Assembly: GCA_951406725.2 (NCBI GenBank)
Contig: OX597818.1
Coordinates: 124,682,001 to 124,746,000, forward strand
Direction of reading: 5' to 3'
DNA length: 64,000 nt
Source of the DNA: Octopus vulgaris
Lineage: Eukaryota
The position numbers were made by a program, and so were the translations under genes. Below, piece after piece: positions 12,208 to 24,704 of this stretch (position 1 is its first letter; each line of letters opens with the position of its first letter). Under the pieces are notes generated by a model. The model saw nothing but the letters and a program-made list of their open reading frames with translations, did no database searches and was not told where the DNA came from.

Positions 12208-14074
12208 TATATATACATATTTATATATATATATATATAATATAATTATTAGGGAAGATTAATTCCGAATCCACAGGAATGAGACATTCAAATTAAAGAT
12301 ACTAAAGTGAACTTCTCTCAATATTTTATTTATATATATAAAAGTAGTTTTAGAGACAGAACCACCCTCAACTCAATCAACATTGTAAGATACTATACCC
12401 ATCTGAGCCATCAAACATTAAATATTATACTTACTATATCTACTCAGAATCCCATACTTTCCATTTTAAAGACAACATGTGTTTCATGACAGTATGTCAG
12501 TATTTTTGAGATATAAGGTCGCTAGTTTCAATACTCAATTAAATCGACGTACTCCCAATCTTCATGTCTGGATTCTACACATTTATTACACTATTTACGT
12601 TCTATGTAGCTCTATAATGATTGAAATTATTTGACTAAAAATCATAAATGTAATTTTACTTTACAAATTAATAAATAAAAAATAAAAATAATGAATGAAC
12701 CTTAAAAATTTAAGAAATAAAAATCTAAGCAATAAAAGAGGATAAAAAATACGAATAAAAAATACAAGTAAAAAATACAAACAAAAAATACGAAATAAAA
12801 AATAAAAATAAAAATGATGAACAAAACGAATGTTAACTTATCTATTTGTGGTTCCCTCCCTGCGAAAATTAAACATGGCTACATCTTGCAAATAACGTAC
12901 AATCCACAAGTAAAAGTATTTGAATTATACCTGCGTTAAACATCCACATTTTACATTAATCCCTCTCTTGAGCCACCCAATTATCTCTCCCTCTTCACTA
13001 TCATACATCTCTCTCTTTCTCTCTCAAAATTCCCATGATTACTGTATCATTATAACTATGTTGCTGTTCTTCACCCACTTTTCTGCACTGTCAATCATCT
13101 ATTTTCCCCTACCTCTCCTCAACTTATGTATCATAAGTCACCCTGCTCCTTATCCACTAGTCATTACATCCAACCCCAAACTTACCTAATCTATGCAGCT
13201 ATCACCTACTCTTCCCCGCTCCTAGTTATTATCTCTCAACATTTGTTCTTCATTCATTATATTCACTCACTCAACTATTCCTCATCCCTGACCATATTTC
13301 ACTTTCCTATACCCTCTTGCAACCTCTACCAACTCACGCTCCTTTTTATCTTGTTTCCACTCTCTTCCACTTATCTCATATTTTGAAAATTCACCCTACA
13401 GTGAGAAAACTATTCTGCTCTGGCCCACATCTCTTACAATTTACTCCTCATCTCATAGCATAAAACCATCTCCCACTCCACTGTAGCTCTACTCAATTGA
13501 TGGGGAACTTAGTCTTGCAGGCTGCATGGTGATCTCACTAGTGCTGGTGCCACAAAATTAAAAAAAAACCCTTTACATACTGTAAAATGTTTGGCATTAG
13601 GAAAGGCATCCAACCATAGAAACCATGCCAAATGAGACATTAGAGCAATCTTCGGACCCATCAAGATCCTGTCAAATCATCCAATGTATGCCAGCAAGGA
13701 ACATGGATGTCAAATGTTGGATGATGATGATTTTATCAGTATGTAATTTATCAACGAAAACCATAAAATTTCTGTTTCAGACACCCAGACAAGTGGTAAA
13801 GAGGAGTAACAACATCAATTAATTTAACCCTGCTGTGTTATATTATCCCTCCTCCTCCCCTCTCCCCCTCATCTCCTCTCTCTACACTACACCATACGAC
13901 TTTACACATCACATCATATATACATACACACGTCCAGACCTCTCATACGCACTACATACTCTCTCATACACACACACACTCTTATGTTGGGGCGAGGTCA
14001 TTTAACCCTGTTATCTCCCCTAATTTCACTCTTGCGTCTCACGTTTGATCTTTGACTTCTGGCCGAAATCAGAT

Positions 14075-14290
14075 CGCCATGTTGATTCGCTAGCCTCTGC
14101 ATGCATTTTTTTTTTCTCTCCTTGTTTCTTTCTGTGTTTCTTTTCTGTGTATCTTTCTGTTGAAGAGCGTAGGCTCGAAACGTAAAAGACTTGTTTTATT
14201 TATATTCCTGAGCGCCATACTAATACAATTGTTTGTTTGTATTCCACCTGCCTTCGTCTTTTGTTTATTTTCATAAAGCTTCCTGTTATA
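14075..14290 (+). mobile_element. short Penelope-pLTR-like repeat with a minimal hammerhead-like motif (14152-14189)
   Basis: TCTTT-CTGTTGA-A-GAGC(GTAG)GCTC-GAAAC-GTA-AAAGA. Same family at 57970-58150(+) and 58230-58420(-). Confidence 0.6.
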
Positions 14291-15668
14291 TTATTGCTGC
14301 ATAACCAAAGCAATGAAGGAGCCACCCACACTGCTTGTGTCAGCTTTCATCTAGGATTAGCTGAGCTGGTTTGGCAGTGTGCAATGAATTCTCAGCATTG
14401 TGAATGAAAACCAGCTGTATCTGGTAATCACAGATGTCTGACACAAAGTGGATCGACTACTTATGATTTCAATAGCTAACAAGATATTGATTCAAGATCT
14501 AACTTCATCATACCAGTTCACATTTTAAGCCCCTTGCCGTACTGTTGCCACTAACCTAGGAACATGAGTTTGCTCTGTAGGTTTATGGGATGCATAACCA
14601 AATCATACATGGGCATCTTTTGAGCAAGAGTTGTAGCAGAGAATCAACCAAACAATCAAACTGAACTTCACTGTTTGAAGGAACCCCTATATGGTTGCTT
14701 GACGTGCTAGAAATAACTACCAAATTTCCATATATCATGACCTACTATCTTAAAAGAAGAAGGAAGAATACATTGAAATATGTTGTTCTAGGCATGAAAA
14801 AAATACTGGATGTATATTGGTGTAATGCCCTTTGATCATATTATCTGCTGAATTAGGACTGACCTGGGGTTAAACAACAACAACAACAACAACTACATAT
14901 TCTATTGATGACAGCAAGGAACAGAAATGGCTCTGTGCTTAAGAGGTTTGGTTCCCAACCTTGTGGTTCCATGTTCAAGCCTATGCATTCCACCTTGAGT
15001 GAGTTTCTTTTACAATAACATTGGGTTGACCGATGCTTCTTTATAATTGTAAGATGCAGTGAAAGGGAGAGTTTGCATGCTACTTCTAGCAGGTTGAAAG
15101 ACCACATATAAGCTCCTTCTTTGGTAAGGCGGCAAGCTGGTAGAAACGTTAGCGCGCCGGGCAAAATGTTTAGCGGTATTTCATCTGTCATTACGTTCTG
15201 AGTTCAAATTCTGCCGAGGTCGACTTTGCCATTCATCCTTTCGGGGTCGATAAATAAAGTACCAGTTTTGCAACTGGGGTCATTGTAATTCCTTTGTCCT
15301 TGTTTGTCCCCTCTATGTTTAGTCCCTTGTGGGCAGTAAAGAAATATATATAAGCTCCTTCTTTGGCTCATGATAACTTTATTTGTTGGTGGTGGTGTTT
15401 AGCACAAGCTCAGCTCTATTTTAGCAGATGTTGATCAAAAGCCATGATGAGCCTGTCTTTTTATATGTTAGGGATTATATTGTTCTTCCTTTTCTGAGGT
15501 AGTGGGGGGTGATTTCACATTTATCCCATTGCTATTTTTGGCGGGGTGACCAACCACAAGGTTAATTTATGTGGCTACTATAGATGAAACCATCAGAAAT
15601 TGCTACAATATTCCCTCAACATGAGCCCAAATAAAAAAAAAAAATTATTCTAATGAAGCGTGGCTTAC

Positions 15669-15908
15669 ATGTTTGGGGGTCAGGAGCTTCATCACACTTG
15701 CGTTTAACATGCTTTTTAGGTATATCGATGAGGACGTAACCCACACATGCAGGATGGCTGGTAGCTGGGTCAAAATCTGCTGCTGCATCTTCATAGGTGT
15801 CTACTTTGGCACACAAATAACCACAGAAAACAGGATGGTGCAATGCTGGGTCATAGTCTTCATGAAGAACATCATCTTTTGAGCGCGCAGGAAACGGATC
15901 ATCAGATT
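15669..15908 (-). CDS. internal coding exon (putative exon 2) of an unidentified minus-strand gene
   Basis: Polypyrimidine acceptor CCTCTTTTATAG|, donor |GTAAGC, 240 nt, phase 1-1. Open frame (E)SDDPFPARSKDDVLHEDYDPALHHPVFCGYLCAKVDTYEDAAADFDPATSHPACVGYVLIDIPKKHVKRKCDEAPDPQT; the other two frames have stops. Not repeat-like. Confidence 0.72.
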
Positions 15909-16049
15909 CTATAAAAGAGGAAATGCAAAATGTATGTTTATGAATTTATATGTACATGCATCTATCATCTATACTTACTGTTATTGCTATTGTTATTCTT
16001 TCCACTGCCACTTAGTGCAAAGAGCTTCCATACACTCTTCTTGCCAGCC

Positions 16050-16497
16050 TTACTCTTACTCTTTACTCTTTTACTTGTTTCAGTCATTTGACTGCGGCCA
16101 TGCTGGAGCACCGCCTTTAGTCGAGCAAATCGACCCCGGGACTTATTCTTTGTAAGCCCAGTACTTATTCTATCGGTCTCTTTTGACTCTATATTTCTAC
16201 TGTCACTCCTCTTTTGCCGAACCGCTAAGTGACGGAGACGTAAACACACCAGCATCGGTTGTCAAGCAATGCTAGGGGGACAAACACAGACACACAAACA
16301 CATACACACACATATATATATATATACATATATACGACAGGCTTCTTTCAGTTTCTGTCTACCAAATCCACTCACAAGGCATTAGTCGGCCCGGGGCTAT
16401 AGCAGAAGACACTTGCCCAAGATGCCACGCAGTGGGACTGAATCCAGAACCATGTGGTTGGTTAGCAAGCTACTTACCACACAGCTACTCCTGCGCC
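16050..16497 (-). mobile_element. tRNA-derived CORE-like SINE (head AGGCGCAGGAGTGGCTGTGTGGTAAG)
   Basis: A/B boxes, internal (TA/TG)n, TAAAAGAG tail. Near-identical copies at 37970-38370(+), 42793-43165(+), 61613-62020(-), and a partial one at 26710-26990(+). Confidence 0.85.
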
Positions 16498-16609
16498 TTG
16501 TTTATTTTGTGCATGTTCCTTGGCCTTCACCTAATCTTGGTCTCTTCTTTCACTCTGCAGTGTTCTCAGTAAATTGTACAGTTTTGACTCAATCAATTGT
16601 AACTCAAAG

Positions 16610-16647
<38 letters not shown>

Positions 16648-16999
16648 CACCGTATTCAGCATGACCGACCAGGCTATCAGATGTTGCTACACATCGCTGG
16701 TCACAATGTGCTTCACATTGTTTTTTTAGCCCTCGAATGATGCCACTCCACTGGCTAAGCGGGCAGGCCAACAGAAGAAAGAGTGAGAGAAAGTCGTGGC
16801 GAAAGAGTACAGCAGGGATCGCCACAACCCCCTGCCGGAGCCTCGTGGAGCTTTAGGTGTTTTCGCTCAATAAACACTCACAACGCCCGGTCTGGGAATC
16901 AAAACCGCAATCCTATGACCGCGAGTTTCAGCTCAGAGCTGTGGCCATACATATTCATTTATATATACAAATCCAACATATTCTCTCACAGCTGTTTCT

Positions 17000-19900
17000 A
17001 TTTAGCCTAAAGATTAAAATACAATAATCCTTGGACAAGGTCCCTGAACTTATCAAGCTGCCCGACGAATCATAACTCCAGGTCATGGTGGAAAACAGAA
17101 AGCCAAGGTGCTACACTTGTGGGTCTAACATAAATTTGAAGGCCCTCTGCTCACAACAACAAAATGGAGCTCAAGGGACAGTGGCTCTGCTACCACCACC
17201 ACCACCACCACAAGAAGCCTTATGCAACAAGGAGAAATTGAATCTCCCAAGAAGGACTTGTGGTGGGGAAAAGCAAAAGTAGTTCCAAAAAACCATCCTA
17301 AGCTGAAAGTGAAAAGACAGGACAAGGAAAATTCACCTAATTGATTGGCTACACTTGACAACAATAACAACACACCCAAATCCCAACAACAAAAGCAATG
17401 CATACTCATTCAACCACAACCACAACCACAAAAAAGCACCAAAACAGAATCAAATGCACAAAAAGAAATAATAATCACAAGAACTTGAACAACTTACTAG
17501 AGAACCCGAATGCCTCATCAACTTCACAGTGAGCTGATGCAGGAAGTAGGGAAAAACAAATATTCATACAAAGAAGTAGAGTTCAATAAATGTCTGTCAA
17601 AAACTCCCCATGACAGACAGCTGATTGATACAAACACATACCTAGAACTTTAAAAAAAATACCTAAGACATTGGGCCTTTTAGGTTAAAACCACATAAAA
17701 GGACTTTAGGAAGGCCCTTCATTAATGATAATGCATCACATGGCAGCTGAATCAGCTAACCCTCTAAAAATCCAAGGTAAGTGACCTTTTTCCATTTTGT
17801 TTCTCCAATAAACATGTCTGTTTTCAGGGTGGGGTGTATGAATGCTTGTGGCTTGGGGTCAGCTTGGAAGCAAGGTCACTCGCTAAACGACCTCAGGTCA
17901 CTTGATTTAGATGTAGCAGCAATTAGCAAGACAAGGATTTCTAATGCGCAAGCACTACCACCCATTTTCGATGACTATGAGATATTCTCATCAAGTGGTC
18001 TGTCAGGAGCTGGTGGTGGGGAAGCAGTGCTATTCTGAAAATCCTTAGATCTCGAAGTTAAGGCAATCTTCATGGAGCTGGGTGGCAGGCTGGTGGTCCT
18101 AGATGTGAATGGTAGCAAAAGTGGTGCCCTTAGACAGGTGGCTGTCTATGCTCCAACAGTGGCTGGAAGGCTAGAATTCATCAGGCATCTAGAAACATTC
18201 CTGGGAACTTTCTTGCAGTTTAGTACTAGTAGGGGACTGGAATGGGATTTTGAACACATGGAAGGACTGTGTGGGGATAGTACACAGAAGAATGGGGTGT
18301 AAAAACCTCAAAAACCTACTCAGAGACTTCCAATCATTTAATAGGTATCAACTGGATTTCCCTGATGTGCTAATTTGTGAACATAGAGCAACCACAATGG
18401 GTCATCCAGATCGTATCTAGATAAAGTATTTGTTAGGTCAGAGGATAGAGATAGTGTAGGCTGTCCACAATTTAACTTTGGTTGGTTACACAGACCACAA
18501 GTTTGTGATCTGCACAGTCGAGTAAGGTAGGACCTGTAGATAGGGACCTGGAAGTTAAATGCGTCCTTTCTAACATGCAGAAACTACAAGGACTGGATTA
18601 GTGAACTAGTTAAGTGACAGTTGACGGGGATGGGGGGGGGGCTGCAATCATCAACAACTGGTAGTGGGCTGCCCTGAAGAGGGTGATTAGAGCAGAATCA
18701 ATAACATTTAGCATAGAGTTAGCAATAGAAAAGAATAGATTAAAGAGTGAGCTAGTTAGTAATTTAGGGCATTGTGACCAGTGTGTTAGCAACAAGAATG
18801 ACCCATGACCATTTCTTTGAAGCAAAACACAAAGGTTGTGCTGTCAGAGCTAAGGCCCATGTGCTCAAACAGGAAGGAATTAAAGCTGTCCGATGAGCCT
18901 GAATGGTGGAGATGCAATGTGGAAACAAACCATGATGAGGTCTTTGATGGATTGGGATGGGCACATGCTACGCAGCTCTGAGCAGATGTATGTGACTTTT
19001 TAGCAGCACTTCACACAGCTGTTTGGAGAGGGCGATGGGTCGACAATGATACTGGACTTAAGTTTGTAGCTGGACAGCTTGCCACAGCTGACACAAGGTT
19101 ACGTGAAAGGCCGATAACAGCCACTGAAATCTGGAAGGTGATGAGCAATTGCACAAGTCACAGATTGCCCAATTTGGATGGTCTGCCCTATGAATTCTAT
19201 GTATTCATGCTAGATTTGTTTGGCAACCCCTTAGCAGATATCTACTGCAACTGACAAAAGAACAGGAGAATTCCTAGTGCTGTTAGCAGAGGTGTGGTGA
19301 CACTGTTCAAGAAAGACACCAATAATGAAGATGTACTAGAGAATTTTCGGCCCATAACTCTGCTAAACACAGAGTTTAAAATGTTGGCCAAGGTGTTAGC
19401 AAAAAGGCTAGCGCTTGTCATCGGTAGCCTGGTTGGAGAAGCGCAAACATGCAAAATCCCAAGCAGGTCTATCCACAACAACCTCCACCTTGTGTGATAC
19501 ATCATAAAGGGCTGAGACCAAAGCTGGCTTCAGGGGTGCTCTAATCACTTTGGATCAATCAAAAGCATTCGATAGGGTCAACCATCGCTACTTGGAAGCC
19601 GTCCTGAAAGCAGGAAGTTTTGGACCTGTTTCCAGAGGCTGGATCGCTGCAATGCACAGTGGCACCTGTTCAGTGGTCAAAGGAAATGGCAACCGATCAG
19701 AGCCTTTTGACATTGCACACTCGGTCACAAAGAGCTGCCTGCTGTTGCCTCTTCTGTATTGGCACTCAAACCACTGCTGCAGAAGTTAGAACAGCTAAGG
19801 GGCATACCTTTCAAACTGGGACAAAGAAGGGCTGTGTCAGCATATATGGACAATGACACCATCATGGTATCAGACACCTCTGAAGTGGAGATGGTCAGCA

Positions 19901-20930
19901 CCATCCTGAAGGAATATGAGTTGGTTGCAGGGGCTAAAATCAATGCCAACAAATTGGTGGGTTTGCAGGTGGGCTCCTGGAGAGGCAGGATGATGCCATC
20001 AGACAGCAGCAGTGGACGATGGACCGACAAGTCAGTTAAACTGCTCAGGATCTGGTTTGGCCCCGACCTCCAGGTTTATAAGAACTAGGATGAAGTGGTG
20101 AACATGGTGGCCAATCTTACCCAGAAATGGGGTGAGAGGAAGCTGTCCTTGGAAAGTCAAGTGGAGGTGGTGAATGCTAACATCATCCATTATCATTTAT
20201 TGTCTGACGGTCATGCCACGTCCTGGTTACTGCTTGACCAGGTCAAAGTGTCTTTTATTTAAATTCTTGTGGAAGGGACACGTTCCAATGGGCAGGCAGT
20301 CAGTCTGTTGCTAGCATCCTCATCTTTCCGCAGCTCATCTCTTTGACAGAGCTGCAGTCCTGGGTGAAGAAAAGACTGAGGCTGGGTATCTGGCACCTAA
20401 AATATCATCAGGTGCTCACTCTCTTATGGAAGCACTCCGTCGGTTACGACGACGAGGGTTCCGGTTGATCCGAATCAATGGAACAGCCTGCTCGTGAAAT
20501 TAACGTGTAAGTGGCTGAGCACTCCACAGACACATGTACCCTTAACATAGTTCTCGGGGATATTCAGCGTGACACAGAGAGTGACAAGGCCAGTCCTTTG
20601 AAATACAGGTACAACAGAAACAGGAAGTAAGAGCGAGAGAAAGTTGTGGTGAAAGAGTACAGCAGGGATCACCACCATCCACTGCCAGAGACTCGTGGAG
20701 CTTTTTAGGTGTTTTCGCTCAATAAACACTCACAACGCCCGGTCTGGGAATCGAAACCGCGATCCTATGACCGCGAGTCCGCTGCCCTAACCACTGGGCC
20801 ATTGCGCCTCCACTCAGGTGCTCACAGCCCTCTACCAGTTGGGCAATGGAATCGGTGGATGTTCCGCTTTAGAAATTTATAGAGGATTAGTGGTGGGGAA
20901 CTGCGACAGCATTCTCAGGGAGACGTGCAT
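17000..20930 (+). mobile_element. degenerate Tx1/L1-like LINE (ORF1 zinc knuckle, APE endonuclease, RT)
   Basis: Decayed zinc knuckle CYTCGSNINLKALC; APE start RVGCMNACGL...AVYAPT; RT NFRPITLLNTEFKMLAKVLAKRL, DQSKAFDRVNH, SAYMDND. Many stops and frameshifts. Confidence 0.85.
20427..20812 (-). mobile_element. tRNA-derived SINE (head GGAGGCGCAATGGCCCAGTGGTTAGG) inserted in the Tx1-like LINE
   Basis: tRNA-like head, 12-bp TSD TCAGGTGCTCAC at 20408-20419 and 20814-20825. Copies at 21247-21628(-), 31085-31383(-), 59661-60047(+), and a chimeric one at 16650-16926(-). Confidence 0.85.
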
Positions 20931-21937
20931 ACATAAATTTATACATATGCATAAATCTTTTTTTGTATGTATGTGTGCATGAGTATATGTGAGAGAGAGA
21001 GAGAGAGAGTGTGCCACTTACACATCACTCTCAGTCTCTCACACACACACACAAACACACACACATATACAACTGGCTTCTTTTACTTTCCGTCTACCAA
21101 ATCCACCCACAAGGCTCTGGTCAGCCCGAGGCTATAGTAGAAGACACTTGCCCAAGGTAACACAGTGGGATTAACCCCCCCCCCACACACACACACACAC
21201 GTATATATATAAATTAATAAATAAAACATATGCATATATACATGGATGGAAGCACTCCGTCGGTTACGACGACGAGGGTTCCGGTTGATCCGATCAACGG
21301 AACAGCCTGCTCGTGAAATTAACATGTAAGTGGCTGAGCACTCCACAGACACGTGTACCCTTAACGTAGTTCTCGGGGATATTCAGCGTGACACAGAGAG
21401 TGACAAGGCCGGCCCTTTGAAATACAGGTACAACAGAAACAGGAAGTAAGAGTGAGAGAAAGTTGTGGTGAAAGAGTACAGCAGGGATCACCACCATCCC
21501 TGCCGGAGCCTCATGGAGCTTTAGGTGTTTTCGCTCAATAAACACTCACAACGCCCAGTCTGGGAATCGAAACCGCGATCCTACGACCGTGAGTCCGCTG
21601 CCCTAACCATTGGGCCATTGTGCCTCCACTATATACACATACATATATGTATGTACCTACATCTACATGTATATATACATGCATATATGGGTACAGGACA
21701 TCAAAAAAAACGTCGAACACAATGAGAAACGAAAACATAAACACAAAACCAAGGAACTGGACATATTTCTTAAACAATGAAAAAATAGAGTACAGGACAA
21801 ATAACACAAAGAAAATTCCCCTTCTTCAGTCGCTATGGTTTCATCTACTCTGCGTTTCGAAAAACACATATATAAATAAATATATGTATATAAATATATA
21901 TATATATTTATACATATTATATATATATATATATATA

Positions 21938-22447
21938 CTAGCAGTATCGCCCGGCGTTGCTCGGGTTTGTAAGAGAAATAACTATATAAACATTTTTAGA
22001 GAGTTACTTCCCTTATAGATGCCAATTCGGGCTTTCTTAGCCATTTCTGTTTTGGTGTCTTCAAGCCATGAAGTCGTTGTTCTAAAAGAACGCTGGTCTC
22101 CTTGACAACGTATTACGACGTTGATTTCCTTACACTCCCTTCCCCACAGCTTCACGAGGGAGGGAAGATGGGGGAGAAGTAACACAGGTGCAAGTGTGAG
22201 CGTGGACGCCAACTCCGCCGCCATCGACACACGAAAAAATATGCATTAAAATGGAATAAAAAATGATGTTAAATTATTTTTAAAATCGTAGACTCATCGT
22301 AGACGCGCGCTAATACCCAGACGGGCTCGATATGAATCACGACTATAAGATACCCGAATTTGGTTAAACTGCACCGCAAAATGTGGGAGTAGTTAGGAAT
22401 CTAAATCGTAGGAGACAGATACACAACTTGACTTTTATATATAAAGA
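21938..22447 (-). mobile_element. non-autonomous Helitron (family A, copy 1)
   Basis: On -: A|TCTTTATATATAAAAG...CCCGAGCAACGCCGGG hairpin...CTAG|T. Confidence 0.88.
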
Positions 22448-22594
22448 TTTCAGAAAAGCAAGAAAATGTTTCCGATACGACTTACGAGATTTATGATACC
22501 TAAAAAATAATTAATTTAGTAAAAGAGTAATAAATGTTTTACTGGTGAGATATAGAGTCACGTGAACATTACGGACCGTCGTAATTCGTACTTT

Positions 22595-22998
22595 GGATAT
22601 TTTCGGTTTGAACTACAGTTTTTAATATAATTTATAGGTAACTAAAAAATTTTAAACTTCTTATACTGGTGGAATGTGTTATAAAACATCTTTTTCTCTT
22701 GGCTTCATTGAGAAAATTCTATAGTTTGGAAGATATTTGTTGGGGTTTTTTTCTGCAATTTCAACCAATCACTGGCGTCTATTGAGGTAAACAACATTCT
22801 GTGCCGTATGAATATGTCCCTCGTTTAAGAAACAGACTGGGTTTATTTACATTTCTGAAGAAAAACAGATACCCCCTCCCCGCCTCTAACCCTAAAATAG
22901 ATTGAAATGCAATAAGATCGATACCAGGGTCATAATTATGGGTGGCAATTTCATATGACACCGCTAGAAAAAAACTGCCGTTCAAACCGAAAATATCC
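22595..22998. mobile_element. MITE with ~29-bp TIRs and 8-bp TSD (Merlin-like)
   Basis: TIRs GGATATTTTCGGTTTGAACTACAGTTTTT / AAAAACTGCCGTTCAAACCGAAAATATCC. Flanks CGTACTTT / CGTAATTT match at 7 of 8. Confidence 0.75.
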
Positions 22999-23201
22999 CG
23001 TAATTTTCATTCACGGTTATTATCAAATCAACACAATTACAGATTACGCTTAGGATAATATCATTTTTTAAAAAATAGAAATATTAAAATTCTCAGATTG
23101 AAAGGATTAAATAAAACAACTACTACGAAATAAAATAAAAGATATTACAAAATATGGGAGAACTAATTAAATACAGCTATATAAGTGTAAGTATAAATCA
23201 G

Positions 23202-23217
23202 TCACTATACTAAATAG
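23202..23217 (+). promoter_or_regulatory. putative snRNA proximal sequence element (PSE)
   Basis: TCACTATACTAAATAG starts 52 nt upstream of U2 +1 and resembles the TCACC-type PSE in sequence and spacing. Confidence 0.55.
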
Positions 23218-23253
23218 AAATAGGTATAATATTTCTAAGCTAGGGTAAAAATT

Positions 23254-23444
23254 ATCGCTTCTCGGCCTTTTGGCTAAGATCAAAGTGTAGTATCTGTTCT
23301 TATCAGCTTAATATCTGATACGGTCCCTATTTGGGACCATCGATATTAAACTGATTTTTAGAACGAGGCGAAGAGTTAGGGGCTTGCTCCGCCTTTGCCA
23401 CGGGTTGGCCTGGTATAGCAGTACTTCCAGGATTCAGCCCATCT
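23254..23444 (+). ncRNA. RNU2: U2 spliceosomal snRNA
   Basis: Invariant 5' end ATCGCTTCTCGGCCTTTTGGCTAAGATCAAAGTGTAGTATCTGTTCTTATCAG with branch-point helix GTAGTA. Stems IIa, IIb (GGTCCC/GGGACC), III and IV (GGGTTG-CCTGG/CCAGG-CAGCCC) all pair. Sm-site region at 23353-23361. 3' end is approximate. Confidence 0.97.
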
Positions 23445-23455
23445 CCCACCCGGGA

Positions 23456-23479
23456 GATATAAACAAATTAAAAACAGAC
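23456..23479 (+). terminator. putative snRNA 3' box
   Basis: GATATAAACAAATTAAAAACAGAC lies 12-35 nt past the mature end and resembles GTTTN(0-3)AAARNNAGA. Confidence 0.4.
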
Positions 23480-23804
23480 TTAATATCCTGACATCCCTTC
23501 TACCACCTTCCAGGAAGGGATCAGACATGCGTTCTATGATGTCCGCTGCCGTTATTTTTATTTAATCTTAGATGTAATTACATACATCCACATCTTCTGC
23601 TGTCCACGCATCGTTTGCCTTGTTTTCCTCATACAAATAATATCCTGGAAGCTTTTCGTCTTCCTTTTTTAATACAAGGCTTGTGGTTTTGACTGCTATT
23701 TCTAATCACTCCGGTCTGTCATAGTAAGTATAAATTGCAAAGCAACAGTTAGTTACTGCAAGATAGAAAGCCACCCTTATAATTTGTTTTTTAATTATAA
23801 AATA

Positions 23805-24189
23805 CAAGCAGTATCGCCCGGCGTTGCTCGGGTTTGTAAGGGAAATAACTATATAGGCATTTTTAGAGAGTTATAGCAAAAAAATGCATTAAAAATGGGA
23901 AAAAAATATGGTAAATTCTTTTTAAATCGTTGACTCATCGTAGACATTTTTAGAGAGTTACTTCCCTTATATAATAGCGAAAAAATGCATTAAAATGGGA
24001 AATAATGATGGTAAATTTTTTTTTTAATCGTAGACTCATCGTAGACGCGCGCTAATACCCAGAAGGGCTCGATATGAATCACGACTATAAGATACCCGCT
24101 TTTGGTTAAACTGCACCGCAAAATGTGGGAGTAGTTAGGAATCTAAATCGTAGGAGACAGACACACAACCTTACTTTTATATATAAAGA
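23805..24189 (-). mobile_element. non-autonomous Helitron (family A, copy 2; 3' CTAG mutated to CTTG)
   Basis: Same termini and hairpin as copy 1, but the terminal motif reads CAAG on +. Confidence 0.85.
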
Positions 24190-24704
24190 CTAGCAGTATC
24201 GCCCGGCGTTGCTCGGGTTTGTAAGGGAAATAACTATATAAGCATTTTTAGAGAGTTACTTCCCTTATAGATGCCAATTCGGGCTTTCTTAGCCATTTCT
24301 GTTTTGGTGTCTTCGAGCCATGAAGTCGTTGTTCTAAAAGAACGCTGGTCTCCTTGACAACGCTTTACGACGTTGATTTCCTTACACTCCCTTCCCCACA
24401 GCTTCACGAGGGAGGGAAGAAGGGGGAGAAGCAAACAGGTGCAGGTGTGACCATGGACGCCAACTCCGCCGCCATCGACACACGAAAAATTATGCATTAA
24501 AATGGAATAAAAAATGATGTTAAATTATTTTTAAAATCGTAGACTCATCGTAGACGCGCGCTAATACTCAGACGGGCTCGATATGAATCACGACTATAAG
24601 ATACCCGAATTTGGTTAAACTGCACCGCAAAATGTGGGAGTAGTTAGGAATCTAAATCGAAGGGGACAGACACTCACACAACTACAGTTTTATATATATA
24701 TAGA
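24190..24704 (-). mobile_element. non-autonomous Helitron (family A, copy 3), head-to-tail with copy 2
   Basis: Junction ...TATAAAGA|CTAGCAGTATCG... with no spacer. Body nearly identical to copy 1. Confidence 0.88.

Noticed and set aside
20740-20812. tRNA genes (also 41886-41960, 59661-59735)
   Set aside because: These are tRNA-like heads running into SINE bodies (TSDs seen for the 20427 and 59661 copies); acceptor stems are imperfect.
21810-21862. GAAACGC...CTGAAGA motif on - as a hammerhead
   Set aside because: Truncated by a microsatellite; stems I and II cannot be closed.
17000-23444. Tx1-like LINE as a U2-targeting (Keno-type) insertion
   Set aside because: The LINE ends about 2.3 kb from U2, and the U2 sequence is uninterrupted.
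23586-23702. Open frame on - (IAVKTTSLVLKKEDEKLPGYYLYEENKANDAWTAEDVD) as an extra exon of the minus gene
   Set aside because: Its start resembles a dispersed repeat (compare 14705-14765), the acceptor is weak, and its phase-0 donor is incompatible with the phase-1 exon at 15908.
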